A stretch of 64,000 bases of DNA from an uncultured Bacteroidota bacterium (GTDB lineage: Bacteria > Bacteroidota > Ignavibacteria > UBA10030 > UBA6906): contig CAVOYH010000004.1 of the NCBI GenBank assembly GCA_963700635.1, positions 416,001-480,000 on the forward strand, written 5' to 3'. Below are positions 58,713 through 64,000 of the stretch, piece by piece (positions within the stretch are counted from its first letter, which is position 1; each line of letters begins with the position of its first letter). The notes under the pieces are model-generated. The model worked only from the letters and a program-made list of their open reading frames with translations. It was not told where the DNA came from and searched no databases. The position numbers were made by a program, and so were the translations under genes.

Positions 58713-59920
58713 CGGGGCTCCTTTGTTGACGATATGGCCTCTCGTGATGTACGTATCCATTGTGATGTATCTCCGGTCGTTGCAAGACGGAGATAAAGAC
58801 GGATCTTCCAGAGTGCGTACCGGGGCACATAGCGCAGCAGAGAAAGGATCTCCCGAAGCGCGCCGGCCGCGGCAAATCCCAGGAGGGCATGGATCGTGCC
58901 CATAAGGGCCGTAAGACCCCAGAGGAAAAGGAACAGTGGACTCTGGAGGACGCCAACGGCCCAGAGGACCCCATTCAGGAGAATCATGGAGAAAACCCAG
59001 ATCATGACGGTGATGAAGGGAGGTGTCAGGAGGTCGATCCATGCATCCAGGAGCCTGAATGACCGGTTCCTGATCGCTGCAGCCAGCAGGGGCCAGGCGT
59101 AACGGCGGATAACCGGGACACGTCCGCTTTCCCACCGTGCGCGCTGGGATTCAGCGTTCCGCGCATCGGTGGGCATCGTGGCAAGCACCTGTGCTTCAGG
59201 GAGGAACCACACCCGGATCCCGTGAAGAAGGAGCACCAGCCCGTATTCCAGATCTTCGGCCCTTGAATACGCTGCCCAGGGTATCTTCCGCAACGTGTCA
59301 ACCGTGAATGCCATTCCATTACCGCGGAGCCCGGCAGAACACAAAAGCGCCGACCGGCCCAGCGGCCTCGCAAAATTGTAGAGCAGGAATCCCGCGCGTG
59401 TGGCTTCAGCGCTCCAGGAACCGGGTGTCGGCCTCACCTGGTCATTACACTGACAGGCGGCCGCTCCATGTTCGAATGCTCCGTTGATGTCCGCAAGGAG
59501 GTTCGATGAAACCACGGTGTCGGCATCACACACGACAAATCCTTCATACGAATCCTGTAAAAGAGTGTCGAATGCCCACCGTAAAGCATATCCTTTTCCC
59601 TTTTCACCGGAAGAGGTCCGCACGAGAACCCGTGCCCCCTCGGCCCGGGCAAGGTCCGCGGTTTCGTCCGAACAATTGTCGGCGATGACCACCACGTCAA
59701 ACAGGGAGGCAGGATAGGATACTGCCTGCAGACTTCGCACAGTCTCGGTGATGGAAGCTTCTTCATCGTGGGCCGGAACGACGAGCGCAAAGCGCCGGTG
59801 TGTCAGTGTCTCCGGAATATGTTTCCGTGGCACGAGATACGCCAGCACACTCAGCAGCGCGAGATACGCCAGAGGGAGGCCCAGCAACAGCAGGAGAACG
59901 ATTTGGATAAGGTTGATCAC
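58709..59920 (-). CDS. Glycosyltransferase family 2 (membrane-associated, processive-like)
   Basis: VPAHDEE, ADNCSD, GKGYAL, DADT, AEDLE, QRARW, C-terminal TM segments. Confidence 0.92.
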   Translation of the reverse strand: MINLIQIVLLLLLGLPLAYLALLSVLAYLVPRKHIPETLTHRRFALVVPAHDEEASITETVRSLQAVSYPASLFDVVVIADNCSDETADLARAEGARVLVRTSSGEKGKGYALRWAFDTLLQDSYEGFVVCDADTVVSSNLLADINGAFEHGAAACQCNDQVRPTPGSWSAEATRAGFLLYNFARPLGRSALLCSAGLRGNGMAFTVDTLRKIPWAAYSRAEDLEYGLVLLLHGIRVWFLPEAQVLATMPTDARNAESQRARWESGRVPVIRRYAWPLLAAAIRNRSFRLLDAWIDLLTPPFITVMIWVFSMILLNGVLWAVGVLQSPLFLFLWGLTALMGTIHALLGFAAAGALREILSLLRYVPRYALWKIRLYLRLATTGDTSQWIRTSREAISSTKEPR

Positions 59921-61137
59921 GCCTTTGCCACTCCCTCAGCCATCCGGGACCGGAACACCGCAGCATACGCGTCGTTCAGTTGGTTTCCGACGACTGACCA
60001 ATCATACCGGGCGCTGACAAGTTCATGCCCGTTCTCGACGAGTGATTTCCTGAGCCGTTGATCCCGCATCAGCTGTACTGTCGCGTCCGCAAAGGCCGCT
60101 GGTTCATCCGCGATAAGCGCCGTTCTGCCGTGCTCGACATCGATCCCTTCGCATCCGATGGATGTCGTGACGATCGGCCGGCGCATGGACATCGCTTCAA
60201 GCACCTTGAGTCTGGTTCCCCCGCCAATACGAAGAGGCACAACATAGACGGATGCCCGTTGCACGTAGGGACGCACATCCGGAACAAATCCGGTAACAAT
60301 AATATTGGAGGAGGCATACCGCCGCACGGATTCCGGCGGCGCGTTACCCACCACGTACAATTTTACTTGCGGTACCTGTCGCTGGATTAAAGGGAAGATG
60401 TCCCTGATAAAATATTCTATCCCTTCAGCGTTTGGAAAGTAATTGATCGCACCGGTGAAAACGAGCGAGTATTCTTCCGGCGTAGTGTCCGGAAACTGGA
60501 AGTACGAAGTGTCCACACCGTTCGGGATAACAAATTTTGGGACATCAGGCACATCCGCCTCGAGCATGTTGCTGTCACGCCTCGATGTCAGAAAAATGGC
60601 GTCCTGCTCCCGGCAAATGGATATTTCCTGTGGATACAGTTTGCGATACTCATAGTCAGCCCACCATCGCCGGACAAACCCATCTGTGGATTGTGCTACC
60701 CTCCGGTGGATGTCATATTCTATGTTTGCAGCATCGAGGACCCTGACCGCTTGAGTGTTGAACGTGAAATACCCCATGACCGGGTAAGCGATCTGGACCA
60801 GATCGAACGACTCCCGCTCCAGAATCCGATCGAGAGCGCGCTGCATCGCCCGGTTCCTGGACGTAACCTCTGTGAATGAGGTATTCCGGATTAGTGCGTA
60901 GAGTTGTCCGATCCTCTTCCATCGTTCAGCGAGCAGAGGGGGCTCGGGGAGCATGGTGGTCTTTTCTGCCGGATGGCCGAGTGCGCGTTCCAGCGCTCGG
61001 GCGTCGCCTGCAGTGCCGTAACCCAGTACCTGCACGTCATGGTACCGGGTCATCCATTGCAGAAGGTGGAAGACACGAAGACCCCCGCCAAAGGTCGGCG
61101 GCACCGGCGCGTACGGTATGAGGTTCAGGATCTTCAT
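59917..61137 (-). CDS. Glycosyltransferase family 4
   Basis: PPTFGGGLR, IPNGVD, NAEGI, GGGTRLKVLEAM. Confidence 0.92.
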   Translation of the reverse strand: MKILNLIPYAPVPPTFGGGLRVFHLLQWMTRYHDVQVLGYGTAGDARALERALGHPAEKTTMLPEPPLLAERWKRIGQLYALIRNTSFTEVTSRNRAMQRALDRILERESFDLVQIAYPVMGYFTFNTQAVRVLDAANIEYDIHRRVAQSTDGFVRRWWADYEYRKLYPQEISICREQDAIFLTSRRDSNMLEADVPDVPKFVIPNGVDTSYFQFPDTTPEEYSLVFTGAINYFPNAEGIEYFIRDIFPLIQRQVPQVKLYVVGNAPPESVRRYASSNIIVTGFVPDVRPYVQRASVYVVPLRIGGGTRLKVLEAMSMRRPIVTTSIGCEGIDVEHGRTALIADEPAAFADATVQLMRDQRLRKSLVENGHELVSARYDWSVVGNQLNDAYAAVFRSRMAEGVAKA

Positions 61138-62630
61138 GACTTGACGGATCTCCCGGTCAGAAAGAACCCCCGGAGGCCCGAGGACGAGATCGTGGATCTG
61201 ACAAAGGCCCTGTCCTCCGGCTGGATCGCCCCGGTCAGAAAGATAGCGCCCACATAGACCCCGGCTCCTGCAAGGGCCTGGAGAAGCCAGTGGACCTGGA
61301 GTGTACTGAGACCCCAGATGCAGAGAGCCAATGAAATGCCGGCGAGTATGGTTCTGAGCGGCTGATGAAATCGTTTTTTGGGAAAGAATCCCCGGGGGAG
61401 CAGCAAGAGCGCAGTAATAAGGATTCCCAATTCCGTGATATTGGTTGCGATCGCCGATCCGATTCCGCCATTTCCTGCCACATCCTGAAAATACGGTATG
61501 AGGAGGGCGTTCAACCCGATGCTGAAGGGTATCGCCGCGAGTGCAACCCACGACCACTGACGCTGCCTATCCATGGCAATCAATGCCGTCACAAGAACAA
61601 AATCGATATACACGAGTATCAGACCGGGTGAGAGTGCTGCGAGCACTGCAACGGAACCGGCGTAGTCCGTCGCACCGAACAGCGTCGTAATAATTTCTTC
61701 GGAAAACGCATACGTGCCGATGGAAAGAGGGATCGCGACCATGAGGATTATTTCAAGACTTTTCATTGTCGTCATCACCACGGTACCTTTTTGATCCACA
61801 CTCCTCGAAAGCACAGGAAATACGGCGATAGACAGAATGCTGGGAAAAAACATGAGGATATCAAAAAACCGGAACGCCGCGCCGAACCACCCCACAACTT
61901 CTTCCGGCACCATCAATGAGAGCATCACAGCGTTGATCCGGTAGTAGATAACGGCGAAGATGGCCATCATCAGATAGGGGAGCCCCTCGCGGGCGAGCCC
62001 CGCTACGTTCGCCCAGTTCACGCGGGGCAGATGGGGAACAAAAGGCCGGAGCCGGCGGAACGCAATAACACAACCCAGAAGCGTGCTGGCTCCCATAATA
62101 ATTGCAATGGTGAAAGAGGTCCCACCCATCACAAGCGCGGTAACACCTACGACGGTGAGGAATACTCGTTCTACGATCGACACCACAGATCGGTGCACCA
62201 TCTCCTCAAATCCTTGAAATGCGCTGATAAACACTCCCAGAGGGCCTTCCCAGAGTTTCGCGCCGACGAGAATGAGAATGACAACCTGCACAGGCCAGGG
62301 ATATCCCACGAGCCAGGAAAAGAGTCCAAGAAGCAACAATGAGACAACGCTGAGGATCATCCGGAAGCCAATAGAGTCCGAGATCAACGACGGGGCGTGA
62401 TCGTGATGCCGCGCGATTTCTTTCGCGATAAAATACGCACCGCCGAAGTCCACAAAGACCTGTGCGATCATGGCGACGGACATCGCGAGGTAGAGTCGGC
62501 CAAAATCCTCACTGCCGAGATATCGCGGCAGGAAGAGCATCAACACGAACGACGAGACCCACGTGACCACCTGAGATCCCATCATCACGGTGGCGTTACG
62601 GGCTATGGATGTGGCTATCTCTTTGCTCAT
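61134..62630 (-). CDS. wzx: Wzx-type polysaccharide flippase
   Basis: About 14 TM segments; RYLGSEDFG, VDFG, VGWFGAA, FPVLSR, LNALLIP. Confidence 0.9.
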   Translation of the reverse strand: MSKEIATSIARNATVMMGSQVVTWVSSFVLMLFLPRYLGSEDFGRLYLAMSVAMIAQVFVDFGGAYFIAKEIARHHDHAPSLISDSIGFRMILSVVSLLLLGLFSWLVGYPWPVQVVILILVGAKLWEGPLGVFISAFQGFEEMVHRSVVSIVERVFLTVVGVTALVMGGTSFTIAIIMGASTLLGCVIAFRRLRPFVPHLPRVNWANVAGLAREGLPYLMMAIFAVIYYRINAVMLSLMVPEEVVGWFGAAFRFFDILMFFPSILSIAVFPVLSRSVDQKGTVVMTTMKSLEIILMVAIPLSIGTYAFSEEIITTLFGATDYAGSVAVLAALSPGLILVYIDFVLVTALIAMDRQRQWSWVALAAIPFSIGLNALLIPYFQDVAGNGGIGSAIATNITELGILITALLLLPRGFFPKKRFHQPLRTILAGISLALCIWGLSTLQVHWLLQALAGAGVYVGAIFLTGAIQPEDRAFVRSTISSSGLRGFFLTGRSVKS

Positions 62631-63448
62631 GAGTTTCCTGGAATCCGAATGCTGGTATCCTGTCCGAGCCGCGCCAGGGATTTCAGGCGCATCCGCTTAA
62701 TCCGCTCGCGAGGGCCAAAGACCTGCATCGCAAGCCCCAATGGTCCTACGGTGATCCCCACGGGGCGGCGCCCGATTTCATATAGGTCTGTCCCAAACAC
62801 GGTCGGGGATGCACCACCCCCGACTGCAAAATCATATCCGGCTTTGATTACCATCCTCTTGATCGCCGGCGTGACGGCATCGTGTGGGTAGGCGCAGCTG
62901 TGCACAGGCATGTCGAGCAGATCCTCAATGAGTGCCTTCGATCGGGTCAGTTCGCCCTCAACGACCTCTGCTGGAAGTGAGGGCAGCGGCCTCCCCGTGC
63001 ACGTCAGAGAGCCGATCTCACTTCCGGTTTCCGCGAGAGCATGGAGGTGATCGCCGCACGCGGCAAGGGTTGATCGGGTGTGTGTGTGAGTTGTTGAAGG
63101 GTCGCCGCTTGCCACAAACACCACCGCCCGGCCACCGATCTCACGGAACACGTGGAGAAGTGTGCGGTACAGCTCCGGCGGACCTCCATCAAATGTCAGC
63201 ACGACGGGCTTCCGGGGGAGATGCAGCTCACCTTTCAAGAACAGCCGGCAGTCGGAAAGGGTGATGAGGGTGAAACCCCAGCGGTCCAGAAGATCAAGAT
63301 GTCTCCGTAAAATATTTCCGGGAGGCACATCCCGGCTCCCCCTGGGAGGCGACAAGTGCCGGGACGGGATGGTATAGCGCAGTACTGTGATGCCATACGG
63401 ATCACCCTCAGCAAGCATTCCCTGTGCCAGTCGTGTTGTGAGATTCAT
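62627..63448 (-). CDS. Polysaccharide deacetylase-like protein with degenerate catalytic motifs
   Basis: LPRKPVVLTFDGG, EIGSLTCTG, AYP; CE4 fold motifs with substituted metal ligands. Confidence 0.8.
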   Translation of the reverse strand: MNLTTRLAQGMLAEGDPYGITVLRYTIPSRHLSPPRGSRDVPPGNILRRHLDLLDRWGFTLITLSDCRLFLKGELHLPRKPVVLTFDGGPPELYRTLLHVFREIGGRAVVFVASGDPSTTHTHTRSTLAACGDHLHALAETGSEIGSLTCTGRPLPSLPAEVVEGELTRSKALIEDLLDMPVHSCAYPHDAVTPAIKRMVIKAGYDFAVGGGASPTVFGTDLYEIGRRPVGITVGPLGLAMQVFGPRERIKRMRLKSLARLGQDTSIRIPGNS

Positions 63449-63455
63449 TCTTCCT

Positions 63456-64000
63456 TCACTTTTCGGTTTCAGTCAGTGGTTGTGCGACTCTATGCGAGCG
63501 GACAGGATGGGCCGTCACCGAAATCTGTCGCGCCAACGTGCGCGCGACAAACATGGGGATCTCCAGAAACACTCGCTGCCATTTTGATGCGGGTTCATGC
63601 GTAAAACGGTATCCCCATTCAAGGCCGAGGTTCCTGATCCATTCGGGCGCCCGCGGTTTTTCGCCCGAGAGGAAATCAAACAACCCGCCCACGCCGATGC
63701 AGATTTTCGCGTGGAGGTCGGAACGATGGTTGGCGATCCACGTCTCCTGGGCAGGAGTGCCCATACCAACAAGGACTACATCGGGTGCGGCGTCGTTGAT
63801 GGCCCGGGCTACCTCCGCAGCAGTCTCTGCCGGGAAGTGCCCGTGTCGTGAGCCTGCGATGACAAGTCCCGGATACCGGGCAGCAATCGTGCTAATACAT
63901 TTTTCAAGGACCGGGGGTCGCGCACCGAGCAGGTACACAGATCCCCCTGCTGCGACCAGTTCATCGAGTATGCGCGGAACAAAATCAGTTCCGTTCAGAT
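63456..64000 (-). CDS. WecB/TagA/CpsF family glycosyltransferase (GT26), 5' end beyond the window
   Basis: Frame is open to the window edge (LNGTDFVP...VYLLG); VGMGTPAQE.W, GVGGLFDF.SG..PRAP, GLEW.YR...EP. Confidence 0.93.
   Translation of the reverse strand, partial: LNGTDFVPRILDELVAAGGSVYLLGARPPVLEKCISTIAARYPGLVIAGSRHGHFPAETAAEVARAINDAAPDVVLVGMGTPAQETWIANHRSDLHAKICIGVGGLFDFLSGEKPRAPEWIRNLGLEWGYRFTHEPASKWQRVFLEIPMFVARTLARQISVTAHPVRSHRVAQPLTETEK

Noticed and set aside
63938-64000. Possible frameshift or short form of the WecB/TagA gene
   Set aside because: The frame stays open to the window edge (LNGTDFVPRILDELVAAGGSVYLLG); the gene is simply truncated by the window.

Overview
Bacterial chromosomal window, most likely Ignavibacteria/Chlorobi-adjacent within the FCB group. 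This is inferred from a T9SS-type C-terminal domain (NYPNPFNPST), a Bacteroidota-style pheA-aminotransferase-tyrA-DAHP/CM operon, and canonical TTGACA-17-TATAAT-like promoters. I saw no tRNA, rRNA, CRISPR array or mobile element. Contents in order: a PVM-like bacterial microcompartment operon (3 BMC-P, PduL, AldDH, BMC-H, class II aldolase, atypical acetate kinase); an aromatic amino acid operon with an unannotated Phe/Tyr-rich leader peptide attenuator; proC; a DUF134/permease/NifB-NifX metal-related operon with a perfect 26-bp operator; a C1 peptidase, a GH2 beta-galactosidase and a heparinase II/III-like lyase; a PLD with a partner protein; pntA2-pntB without pntA1; an NCS1 permease with a sugar isomerase; a PAS kinase; glnS; a PfkB-HAD fusion; PP2C; pcm; a C69 dipeptidase; a two-component system; and a surface polysaccharide cluster. 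The standout is an archaeal-type gatE-gatD operon (Glu-tRNA(Gln) amidotransferase, textbook archaea-specific) lying tail-to-tail against a complete bacterial GlnRS gene, which should make it redundant. Four genes carry single-base frameshifts (GH2, gatD, PfkB-HAD, OM barrel). These are probably assembly indels but cannot be verified here.
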